Source: Moniliella sp. 'wahieum'
Taxonomy: Eukaryota
Length of the DNA stretch: 37,204 bases
NCBI GenBank assembly: GCA_003971905.1
Contig: RSEE01000014.1
Location: forward strand, 930,001-967,204
Direction of reading: 5' to 3'
Shown: positions 9,086-20,477 of the stretch, in pieces
How the letters are laid out: each line of letters opens with the position of its first letter
Position numbering within the stretch: the first letter of the stretch is position 1
Translations under genes and position numbers: made by a program
Notes under the pieces: model-generated
Seen by the model: the letters and a program-made list of their open reading frames with translations, nothing else
Database searches by the model: none
What the model was told of the DNA's origin: nothing

Positions 9086-11350
9086 ATGGCTTCTGCCGCC
9101 GCGCCAGACCCCGTGCCGCCGGCCCAGGGCAGCCCCGCCGCGCCTCCGCCCGTCACCCTCCAAGGCCAGGAGGACCCCCACAACTGGAGCGAGCGCAAGC
9201 GCTGGGGCATGGTCATCCTCGTCTCCCTCATGGGCTTCATATCCCCCCTCGGCTCCTCCATCACCGTCGCCGGATCCAAGTCGCTGGAACAGACCATGGA
9301 CCTGGCCAGCCGTCTGCTGGCGACCGTGCCCGTTTCCACCTACCGCTCGGTACGCGTCTCCCTGCCTTGTTGTGCTTCGTCTGCCGAGCCGCAGCGCGTA
9401 CTGACCTGGAAGCGCTTCTCCGTCTAGGCCTCGCCTTTGGCCCCTTTGTCTTTGCCCCGGCCTCGGAGCTGATTGGCCGCCGGCCAGTTTACGTGGCAAC
9501 GGCGGTTATCTTTGTAGCCTTCAACGCCAGCACCGCTGCCGCGCCCAACTACCCCGGCCTTGTTATTCTCCGTTTCCTCGCGGGCATATTTGGTTCGACA
9601 GGACCTACACTAGGCTCGGGTGTGATTGGTGATATGTTCCAGCCCCGCTTCCGGGGCCGTGCGGTCGCCATCTACGGATTGGGACCATTACTGGGACCCG
9701 TGGTGGGGAACCTGATCAGTGGGTACATTAGCCAAGCCACCCATTCGTTCCGCTGGCTGTTGTGGACCTTGACAATTGTATGTTGGCCCTGTCCCATTCC
9801 ATTGCGCATGGCGTACTCACCCTACCATCGTCTCCTTTCAGATCTCCGGGGCCGTGATGGGGGCGATTGTGCTTTTCCTAGAGGAGACGTATGCATTTGT
9901 CCTGATTGAGCGCAAGCGGCAGCGCCTTGCTGGCTACGACGTCTCGTGGCAGGCCCGTGCTCAGCATTCGGTCCATACCATGCTTCGCCCCTGGATTTGG
10001 CACCCATCGCCCGCAGCCCAACAAAAGTTCCGCTTGGCCATGACCCGGCCCTTCCGATTACTGTTTTGCAACCCCATCTGTGCCATCTTCAGTCTGTATC
10101 AAGGCTTTGTCTATGGTGTCATGTTTATCTTTCTCACTCAGCACCCCTTGCTCTTCCAACAGCGCAGTGACGTTTCCTCCTCCGGCTCGGGCGCCACCAG
10201 TACTGGCTCCGTGTCGTCCAACCATCTTGCCTCCGTCACGCGACGACAGACCCCGTCTTCCTCATCTCAGGCTTCCGCTCACCATGACCGCATTGGTTCC
10301 GACCACACCGATCCCAACTTGCATCGTCTTCCCTCCTATGGCTGGTCCATGGGTAATGCTGGTCTGAGCTATCTCGGTTTGGGACTCGGTTTCTTGATTG
10401 CTATGCTGCTCAATGCGCTCCTTTCCGATCTCCTCTACCGTCGCCTCGTCGCCACAGACGGAGAACTGCGATGGGCCCTGTTAAACCCTCGGATCGGGGT
10501 AGATCAACTGGCCCAAGAGACCGAGCTGCGTGCTGCTACCCACGAACTGTTGCAGGGCAGTCGGCCCGCCTCGGTTCGTTCGCAGCAGCCCCCTCCTCCT
10601 TCCTGTCCTCCTCCCCCATGTCCTCCTCCCTCATGTCCTCCTCCCTCATGTCCCCCTCCCTCCTGTCCTCCTCCCTCCTGTGCCCCTCCCCCTCCGTCTC
10701 TCACCACACGGGTGGGGGTCGCACATGCCGTTCCCCCGCCATATGGGGCGTCCTCTCCCCCCTCGCACTCGGATACGATCCAGGCCGCTGAATCTGAGCC
10801 TATTCCCAATGCCGAATCTGGCATGAACCCCATCGACGTGCCCGAGAAGAGTGACGATCCTCCCCTATCGGAAAAGGGGAGTGATGTGGAGAAGCAAGGA
10901 GCCGTGATGCCGCTTGCGACGCCGCCTGCACCTACGCCCCGCAAGGGTCGGCCTGAATACCGTCTTCCGTTCTGTCTGCTGGGCATGCTGATTCTTCCCT
11001 GTGGGCTTCTGCTCTTTGGCTGGAGTGCCTCGGCCAAGACGCATTGGTCTGTGCCGCTAGTCGGCTCGCTCGTCACGGGCGCCGGGCTAATCCTGTGCTT
11101 CCAGACGATTCTCATGTACTTGGTCGATGCGTTTGTGCCCTACAGCGCATCGGCCACCGCATGCTCTGTCCTGACCCGCTCCGTGCTCGCAGCGGGCTTC
11201 CCCTTGTTTGCCGAGTACCTCTATGCGGCCCTGGGCTATGGCGGCGGGTCGTCTCTGTTGGCGGGCATTGCGCTGTTGGGCGCGCCCGTGCCGGTGATTA
11301 TGTTTGTTTATGGGCCGCGGCTTCGTACCCGGTTTGCGTTTACGGGCTAG
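9086..11350 (+). CDS. MFS drug:H+ antiporter, DHA1 family (TPO1/FLR1/MDR1-like); introns ~9350-9427 and 9778-9841
   Basis: EDPHNWS, GLAFGPFVFAPASELIGRRPVY, ILRFLAGIFGS, GVIGDMF..RFRGRA, GPLLGPVVG, FLEETYA, RPFRLLF, PEYRL, YLVDAF..YSASA, RSVLAAGFPLF. Introns have GT..AG ends and CTGAC/CTCAC branch sites. Confidence 0.94.
10589..10696 (+). repeat. 15-bp coding minisatellite encoding (PPPSC)n in the MFS transporter
   Basis: About 6-7 copies of cctcctccctc(a/c)tgt; protein PPPPSCPPPPCPPPSCPPPSCPPPSCPPPSCAPPPPS. Confidence 0.9.
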
Positions 11351-12023
11351 CGGCTGAAGCGCCCGGTTCTTAACGCCCCTACTGGCCGGCCAATGCCGTG
11401 GTCATCGGCGGGGTGGGGAGTGGGGAGTGCGGCGCATTGGCCCGCTTCACTTCCCCGCGTTAAAAAGCACCCTCCATACCCGATTCACCTCCCTTCCGGC
11501 CTCCCTCCCTAGTCACTCGCTACTCCCCATCCTCAGATCGGCCCCCATCCTAGCACCCCCATGGATTGTATACTTTCCGCATTGGAACATTCTTAATTGC
11601 ACTTACTTCCCATATCGCACGACGGATGGAACCATCGTTGTACACTGCACACTGCACTCGCACTCTCCCCGCCCCTGAGGGCCGCCGGGGAGCTCGTCGG
11701 CCCCGTGTTAGCTGGTGTCGCTTCTGTGGGCGGACGCTCTCGAGCAGCGGCCTGGAGCATGTTGGGCTTTGCCAGCCCCTGGCTAACACTAGGAAACTTG
11801 AAGCTTGAACGAGAGGTATACAGATTGGATACAGATTTTGGCTGTGGCAAGAGGCGAGACGCGACGTCGCCCGATGCGCGCGACTGACGCGTTCACATTG
11901 CCCCCGCATGGCCTCTCAGATACCAGCCCACAGGCGTCTTTGCCAGAGTGGGTGGGTTTTTTTTCACCGTGTTCTACCATATACCATCCCCTGCCTCCCG
12001 CCAGCCTCGCCCTCCCACCAACA

Positions 12024-13086
12024 ATGAACTATGTATTTGTATGGGCATGTCTCCTCGTTGCCCCTGGCCTTCCAGTACACTCAGCTGGGCCTGCGGCCTA
12101 TCACCATTCACCAGCTCAGGCATGCCGAGCCAAGCAGCGTCGACATGCCAATGCTGATTGACGACAAGGAGGTCAGAATGTATGCTGGCCTGTTGACGTG
12201 CTTCTTCTCATTGTTCTCTCACTCTGACACAGTTCTTCTTCTATCCTCTCTCTCTCGCCTTTTTCTAGGCTACCTTGTTGGCAGGGGTGCCGAGGCCCAA
12301 GGCGGCGAGCTGTTTAGTTCGTTTGTCGTTGATGATGGCACAGGATCGATCGAGTGTAAACTATGGAGCATCAAGACCACTCCACTGAGCGTCGGGTTGA
12401 ATGAATATGCATGTGTGCGTGGCGTGGTCAAGCAGTTCCAAGGCACCGCCACCATCTCGGCTTCCGCAGTGCCCATGGTTGCCGACCTCCAAGCCATCTG
12501 GGCCCATCTCGACCTGGCCATACACAGCGACGTATCCATGGGAGAGCACAACCCCTCCACCTCTGCCTCTGCGTCTTCCTTTGCAGTGCCTCTGCCTCTG
12601 CCTCCGCCCACGCCCTCACTCCCGCATTGCGCGTATCCAAAGCGCTGCAGCACCTCGCCCCGGAGAATCCCAAGGGCGTGTTGGTCGCCCAGATTCAAAA
12701 ACGCGTGTGTCCACACTCGGTATGAACGATGTCGCGTACGTTCTGTCCTCTTCCCCTTCCTTTGCTTGGGTGTTGGACGAAGGACTGACGCTGCGTGTGT
12801 TGTTTTTTTGCTGAGGTGCAGCAATATCTTTACCGATCTGGCCGAAGCAGGTTCGGCGTACAGTGTCCGGGATGCCGACGACAACGACGTCTGCTTAAGT
12901 TCCTCTGGCGCTGCAACTTTAACCTCCCCCATATCCGCCACACCTTCTCCCCCCCCCCCTTCCACTTTCGCGTCCAACCTTTTTCCCGCATTCCCGCGCT
13001 TGTCGCCTGCTGATGCCTCTCAACTTGTTGTTCTGGCCAGCGCAGCACTCCATGCACTCCCACCAGTTCTCTGGCCCCCATCATAG
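12024..13086 (+). CDS. Divergent RPA32/Rfa2-like ssDNA-binding protein (OB fold + winged helix), multi-exon
   Basis: LRPITIHQL resembles RPA32 LRPVTIKQL. VDDGTGSIECKLW and YACVRGVVKQFQG fit the OB fold. LTPALRVSKALQHLAPENPKGVLVAQIQKRV and IFTDLAEAGSAYSV fit the C-terminal winged helix. GT..AG introns near 12035-12075, 12171-12268 and 12736-12820. Exact ends uncertain. Confidence 0.8.
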
Positions 13087-13618
13087 TGAGTGGTAGTACC
13101 CTGCCTCCTTTTCGTCATTTATCGCCTACACCCATCGCTCCTGGCCGTGACTAGTGACTGCGCTAGTAATCGTGATCCCTTCAAACAAGAGGGGGGGCGA
13201 GGCGACCGGTAGTGCTATGGGGGCTCTATACGTACCAGCGTAGCATGCAGTTGTGCCAAGACCCAGGGGGACCAAAGGTCGGGAGGCGCGTGCTGCACGT
13301 GACGCGTGATGGCCGATGCAGATGCGGCAGGAGAGAAAAGCGGCGGATGCGTTTCAAACAAAGTGTGGGGGGGTGTATATACGGCGGTGAAAAAGGCACT
13401 GCACTACCCGACCGCTGCCGTCTGCCCCGCCTTTCGGGGAGTACCGGTTCCCGGGCTATGAATGGCAGGCTTGTAAGTATATTGGCTGCAATCTCTATTA
13501 CCTTCCCTCGGCCGGTAGTGCGCGGGCGCTGGACCTTGGCTGGTTCGCCACGCCCACCTGACGGACATCGACGAGTATACACGATACTAAGCCCCCTTAC
13601 CGGCCCACCACACAATTC

Positions 13619-13964
13619 TGCTAGACTGCAGCTGGGAAACGCTATGGGCAGCACGAGAGATAAGCTTCAAGGCGTGCAAGAAGGCAGGGCAGTTAGCCAC
13701 AAGTCCTTCAAGCAAGCTCGATTGCGAGGAGGACAACACAAGAACAGGGAAAGCAGAGGCGCACCTTCAAGGCGTGCAAGAAGGCAGGGCAGTTAGCCAC
13801 AAGTCCTTCAAGCAAGCTGAAGGGAAGAAGATAAGAGTCAAGCAAGCAAGTCGGAACAGACAAAGGGGTGGCGTTGGCCACGCAAGGTTCGAATCACCCG
13901 AACCAGCGAGCATCACCGATCCATTGGAGAGAGTGCAGGTGAACCCTAGCACTACCCTCTAGCA
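13619..13964 (-). repeat. Element 2 3' LTR (contains a 54-bp internal duplication at 13665-13718 and 13765-13818)
   Basis: 7-bp perfect inverted termini; minus-strand PPT GAGGGGGGC at 13965-13973. Confidence 0.96.
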
Positions 13965-14222
13965 GCCCCCCTCGGTGAGCTCGCCAGGCCAAAGGTGGTG
14001 AGGGCCAAAGAACATCGAGACGAAAGGGAGAAATGATTCACGGCCGCGAGCGCCAAACATGTATTTGTTCTGGTGAGCAGGAACTGGTAAAACAAACGCA
14101 TCGTGGATGCGAGAAAAAAAAAACCCAGTCCCGCTGCGATTTAATTTGTGTAGATGAGAAAGCCAAGACGAAAGAAAAGAAACCGGTCTTGAGAGAAAGA
14201 AGGGCTCCGGAGCCCAACGTGG

Positions 14223-17200
14223 TTAGCTGCCACCGCCACCACGCAGACCAAGTTGCTCCGCCCTAGCGTCGACTGCGCGGCCCGAGATCGTCTTGGTGAA
14301 CATGTCAGCCGGATTGTGCACCCCGCCACTTGCGCCAAGAGGAGCACGTTGGCGGCAATGAGTTCCCTCAGAAAGTGGTGCCGCAAATCGATGTGCTTCG
14401 AGCGCTTGTGAATGATGTGGCCCTCGGCCAGCTTGCGGGCGCCGAGAGAGTCAGTGAAGATGGTGGGCACCACCTCCTCATGTGGTAAGATTTCCCGGAG
14501 CAACAGCCTGAGCCACACTGCTTCCTTGGCCGCATGAGCCAGGGCAACATATTCCGCTTCGGTGCTCGAGAGTGTGACCATGAGTTGCTGCCGCGACGAC
14601 CAAGAAACCAAATTGCCAGCCACAAAGAAAACATACCCAGAGGTCGAACGCCGGTTCGCCGGGCACCCCGCCCAGTCGGCATCGCTAAACCCATTTAGCA
14701 ACGGCGCATCAGCGTGAAAGGAGAAATGGAGACCTTTTCCCGGTGAGCGACGAAGAAAGCGTAGGACCTGAAACGCGGCATTGAAGTGATCTGGTCCCGG
14801 GTTAGCCATGAAGCGACCACACACGCCCACAGCTTGAGCAATGTCAGGGCGGGTGTTAAGGGCAGCGAAGCCAAGGTGACCAATAAGCCCCGCATACTGA
14901 CGACGATCCGCATCACTGGCCTGGCCCGAGAAAGGTAGTAGATGCGCCGGGCGAGCAGGTCGAGGGCTGGGAGGTGAGGTTAGCTTTTCCCCATAATGCG
15001 CAAGCACACCCTCCACGTATCCCCGCTGGCTGAGGAAGCAGGTACGGGCTGCTTGATCATACTCCACCTTCACCCTAACAAGTAGCTGACAGGGCCGCCA
15101 TCAGTCACGGGCAATTGCTTGGCAAATTGGCGCTTGGCCTCTTGCAAGCGCGTCAAGTCGGCACAGGCCCAAACAGTATCATCCACAAAGCAGGCCACCA
15201 GAACCAAAGCACTGCCCTGGCCGCGAAGATATACACACGGTTCCCCTTGCAACCGGTGGTAGCCGAGACGTAAGAACACCCCATCCAGATGGTCGTGGAA
15301 AAGCTTGCCCCCCTGGCGTAGGCCGTAAACACCCTTGAGCAACTTCCAGCACTTGCCCTCCGTGTCAGGACCCCTGAAGCCAGGCGGGATGGCCATGTAA
15401 ACCTCAGTGTCAACTGCCGCATGTAAGTATGCCGCCTCCACATCCATTTGATGGACATGCAGGCCAAAACGACACGCCAAGGAGAGCAAGACCCGGATGG
15501 TCTCACTCCTGACAACGGGAGCAAAAACCTCGTCAAAGTTCACTCCTTGAACCTGGGTCCGTCCATCGGCAACGAGACGGGCTTTGTGCTTGGTAACCTG
15601 ACGAGTGTCATCCAGCTTCGCTTTAAACACCCACTGGCACCGGAGAACAGGAACATTGGCAGGCCGATCCACGAGCTCAAAAACCGCGAGTTCCCGCATC
15701 TTGTTCACCTCCTTAACCATGGCAGCATGCCAGACGGGCCAGTCTGGTCGCTGGCATGCCTCTTGAAACGACAGGGGTTCAAGCAGCTCGCCATCGGCGC
15801 TACGCTCCTCTTGTACGCGAAAGGCCACGCCCTGTGCTGTGAGCGCTAGTGTGTCCTGCACCACGGCAACTGCATGCAGGGCCTGGGTCGCGTAGGCTCC
15901 GCCGGTGGCCACCGGACCATGCAACATCCCGGCAGCAAAATGGGCAAGGCCAAGAGTGACCTGCGCAGCAGCAGCCCCCTGGGACAGGAGCCAGGTCCAC
16001 AGCATCAAGTTCGACTGCCAGCTCCACAGCAAGAGCCGATCGAGCACGCTTCCTGGGCGCGTCAACGACTGCTGGTGGATCAGCTTCACGCTCACGCTTG
16101 GTCACGTCGAGCATGCGCCGGAACTCCGCGCGGGCGATGTCCCTCCCGGGTGTTGTAGGGGACGGTGGGGTGGTAAGGCCCGGCGGTCCGGGTGGGTGGA
16201 CGCCGCGGAGGAAAGGAGGGGAATGTCACCAGCAATACCATCTTCACCCACTGCTGGGATAGGGTTGAGCAAGGGGATCAAGGGGAATATCACGTACATA
16301 ATCGTCCTGGAGGCGCGGCTGCTCCTCCAGCCGACCCGACTCTCCCTCAGCAAAATGCACATCGTAAACTGTCACGATACGGTCCAACACCTCGACCCAA
16401 ACACGATGACCTTTGACTTGGCCCGGCAGGTCACTGTAACCCAGGTACACCCCTCGAACGGCACGTGGAGCGAGGTATTTGCCGCTGAGTTCACTAGCTT
16501 GTGTCCAGGCACGTCGATTCCCACCATGCAGCACAACCCAAGCAGTGCAACCAACACCCGCAGAGCAGACAGAGTGGGGGGTTGGCCCGTCCACAGTTCA
16601 TACGGCGTCTTCCAGGCATGCGCTTTGCTGGCGAGGCGGTTGTGAATGTATCCGGCGTGCGTCGCAGCATAGGGCCAAAACCGCCCCGGCAACTGGGCGT
16701 GGTGCATGAGACAACGGGACAACTTCTCAATCTCTTGGTTCATTCGCTCTGCGACGGCGTTCCCTGTGGATTCTTGAGTAGGAGAAGCTGTCAAAAGGCA
16801 ACCTGAACGAGCAGCCCATGTCTTGACCTCATTAGTCCATAATTCGCCTTGGTCCACACGTAATTCTTTTGGATGTTTTTCTGTTTCGCGATGAATTAAG
16901 GTAGCCCACTGAATGAGGCAGGGTGCAGCACTGGCCTTGTCCTTCAACGGCCAGACCCAGGTCATGCCACTGTAATTGTCCACCACGACAAGAATGTAGT
17001 GCCAAGGTACCTTGTGCTGCAAAGCATCTGGCTCATTCCAAGGGCCCACCACATCAGCTGACACCAGGTCGAGGCGGGCCAAGATGAGACGAGAATCATT
17101 CCCCCGCCGGGCTCGCGACTTGGCAGTACGGCAAACATCGCAGGAAGAAAACTCAGGAAACGAAGGCGGCCAAGATCCCCCTTTGCTGGCCGTAGACGTG

Positions 17201-17930
17201 TGTTTCACGGCCTCAGCGCCGGCATGGCCAAGCCGAAGGTGCCACAACCAAGCTGACGCGCGCGTCAAGTCGGGGGCTGGAGTCTCAGCTACAGGCCGAG
17301 GAAAGAGTTTGTCCCGCAACTGGTCATCAGGATCATTCAAAGAGTCATCCTCAGTCTCCGAGAAATAGGGAACGCTAATAACTGCACCTTCCACCTGGCA
17401 GTCATCCGTGCACACTACCATTTCCGCTCTGGGGTAGGTGCCCTTCAGTGGAACCCCGAGGGAAGTGCCATTCTTGGTGAAAAACACCACCTCATGGTCC
17501 CGAAATAGCGTACTCCCACCCGTGGCTGCCACTCCTTGGGTACTGAGGAGATTAGTAATGAGGTCAGGTACCAGCATAACCCCATTGAAGTGAAGCGCCT
17601 CCCACTTGCGCTGGGATGGATCATATTGTAGGAGGCGTAAGGTGCCATTCACCCCAGCGACCGGCAGTTTCTGCCCCCCTGCAGTGACTACCGAGGTGGG
17701 ACGGGAGGGAGGCACGAAGTTTTTCGCCAAGCTTGCATCATTGACAAGGCGATGGGAGGCTCCGCTGTCAAAGATAAATTCAGCCGAGCGAGGTGTGGAG
17801 CAAGGTGGAGATGGGATGTTGTTAGAAGAAGAAGGGGGGGAAGAAGGGGCGCGCGTCCTGGGCGAGTGGTAAACAATGCGCTCAACAAGTCCTCTGCGAG
17901 GATAATGAGCGCCTCACCCCGCGCGCACCC
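14223..17930 (-). CDS. pol: Element 2 copy A pol (PR-IN-RT-RH), with several apparent frameshifts
   Basis: FIFDSGASH; WHLRLGH..CDVC; SADVVGP; RVDQGE; NAVAERMNQ; KHKARLVADG; HQMDVEAAYL; KGVYGLRQGG; CFVDDTV; FSDADWAG; SSTEAEY; KHIDLRHHFLRE. Confidence 0.95.
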
Positions 17931-19872
17931 CTATTCGATATCATCAAACCCCGCGGCAGGCTGCCCATCCTCCTCTGAGACGGAGAGATCCATTACCGTT
18001 AAGCCGTGCGCCAAGGCTTGAAGCACACGCGCAACAGCATGCTGCTGTGGGGGCGCACGGTTGGTATTCGTGTTCCGTCCTGCCCCAGGGAGGGTGCGAT
18101 TCCATCCTGACGTACCACGGGTAGAAATGCGGTTGTCCTGACGCGGCGCCGGGCAGTTGGCAGCGATATGTCCAGGCTGGCGGCAATTCCAGCAGACAGC
18201 CGCAACCCCCATCGCTCGTAGCTGCGCTGCCAGAGACATGTCTGCGTTCCCAAGCAGTCCCGTGGTCCCCGAATTAACGGGAGGGGTAGAGACATCAACA
18301 GCCAAAGATTCAACCGTAGGTACCGAGATGGACGCAATCCGGTTAGATTCCATGACGAAGTTGGCCCGGGCCAACGACTGCAAGTCCCCCAAGACAGAAT
18401 TGACGTGTGCCACGGTCACACGCTGTCCGGGAGGTAGCCCCGCGAAAATCAGCGGCCGATACGAATCACCACGCCGGAAAAGGGCTTCCAAACTGGACAT
18501 CACACGTGCAGGGTCCCAGGTGGAGTACCCCAAGAGGGTCAGAACTTGGATGGAATCGAGCCAGCGCGTCAGGGCCTTAGAAGCCGGTTCTGCATTGGGA
18601 TCCCATTCCGTCTGGTGCACCGACAGCTGTAGTTCAGAGACGCTGGGCGTAGAAGAAGACGTACTTCCGCGAACAAGCACGACAAGAAGTCCGGAACCGA
18701 GTCAAGAATCCCGGGAGACGTTGTGGTCGCGAGGCGCGAAATGTAGGACGCGAGGGCAGGCGACACCAGCGTCATCAGTTGCGCAACGATCTGAGAGTGC
18801 ACCCCCGGCGGCACCTCCATTGTTCCGGCCAAGATCGAAGCAAAGTCGTGATAAATGATGGCCAAACGAGTACGGAGGCCCTGCAGCCAGCGAAGAACAG
18901 CCAACGGGTCATTTTGCTCGGGACCATGCACCAGAGGTGTCAGAGGCGAGGAAGCAAAAGCACGCGTCATACGCTTCGCCAATGTCATAACATCGAAATT
19001 CATGTGTCCCTGGACTAGACGCGGTGCATCCACCCACTTGGGCTGCTCCTCGATAGTCACCGTGCGAGCAGACGGGGCCCGCTCGCTGATACGCTCCACA
19101 GAAGGGACGGTCACCGACGGCAAAGCAGCCGACGGGTCATGAGCAAAAGCCATACCACTGTCAGTCGGAACAGAACCTTTCGGGGTGCCCAACAGGTCAA
19201 TACGTGCACTGACTCAGTACTGACTCGAGCGGTCAGAAGCTGAAGTTCATCGTCAGATTCGGTAGTTGGAGCTGGGTCCTCTGGGTCGAGGAGCATGTCG
19301 CGCATGGCACGACGCTTCTGAGCAACACGATGTTTGGAAGCCTTATTGTCCTCGTACAGTTTCCAAGCATTACGCACTGCCTTGAGATGGCGAAAGATTG
19401 CCTTCTGCAAGTCCTCAAAGGTGGAGAAGCGATGAGACTTGGTATAAAAGACGTAGGCAACATAGAAGTCGGTCGGTGTGTGAGCAAGAAGTTTTCGCCA
19501 CCATGGCCCTTATTGTAGTCGGTAATGATATCAGCCACAATAGAGTCCTTGTCTGCCACTGCAGAACCAGGGGCCGGGGAGGCTATGCCCTTCCCCGGGA
19601 TACCCCAGCGGCGAATGGTAGGAATGACGTCCTGGATGAAATCGGCAGCGACATCCACGTCAACGTCCCACAGGATGGTGTTCAGTCCAGACCAAGCACC
19701 AATCGTGTGCTTGATGCGAAAAGCCGGCCATTTCGCTGTCTTGCCAGGAGCCATCCCGTCTTGAGAGTTGGGGTTAAACTCGCCACGACGAACATACGCT
19801 TCCACAATGTCATCAGGCGAGGAAACCGGGTGCGCAGAATGCGCAGAGGCAGAGAGAAGATAAGGGCGACAT
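17931..19872 (-). CDS. gag: Element 2 copy A Gag (~650 codons, CCHC zinc knuckle, long N-terminal extension); apparent frameshifts
   Basis: ATG lies in the PBS (GGTTATG). CWNCRQPGHIAANC knuckle. Ends GFDDIE-TAG at 17931-17933. Confidence 0.85.
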
Positions 19873-19876
19873 AACC

Positions 19877-20221
19877 TGCTAGACTGCAGCTGGGAAACGC
19901 TATGGGCAGCACGAGAGATAAGCTTCAAGGCGTGCAAGAAGGCAGGGCAGTTAGCCACAAGTCCTTCAAGCAAGCTCGATTGCGGAGGACAACACAAGAA
20001 CAGGGAAAGCAGAGGCGCACCTTCAAGGCGTGCAAGAAGCAGGGCAGTTAGCCACAAGTCCTTCAAGCAAGCTGAAGGGAAGAAGATAAGAGTCAAGCAA
20101 GCAAGTCGGAACAGACAAAGGGGTGGGCGTGGCCACGCAAGGTTCGAATCACCCGAACACCAGCGAGCATCACCGATCCATTGGAGAGAGTGCAGGTGAA
20201 CCCTAGCACTACCCTCTAGCA
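19877..20221 (-). repeat. Element 2 shared central LTR
   Basis: Flanked by the PBS of copy A on one side and the PPT of copy B on the other; no TSD. Confidence 0.96.
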
Positions 20222-20477
20222 GCCCCCTCGGTGAGCTCGCCAGGCCAAAGGTGGTGAGGCCAAAGAACATCGAGACGAAAGGGAGAAATGATTCACGGCC
20301 GCGAGCGCCAAACATGTATTTGTTCTGGTGAGCAGGAACTGGTAAAACAAACGCATCGTGGATGCGAGAAAAAAAAAACCCAGTCCCGCTGCGATTTAAT
20401 TTGTGTAGATGAGAAAGCCAAGACGAAAGAAAAGAAACCGGTCTTGAGAGAAAGAAGGGCTCCGGAGCCCAACGTGG

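Noticed and set aside
13140..13200. CTAGT motifs after the RPA32-like gene as a Helitron 3' end
   Set aside because: No convincing GC-rich hairpin just upstream and no Rep/helicase coding sequence in the window.
19233..20315. 360-aa ORF crossing the central LTR into gag
   Set aside because: A chance open frame created by indels in this LTR copy; not preserved in the other LTRs.
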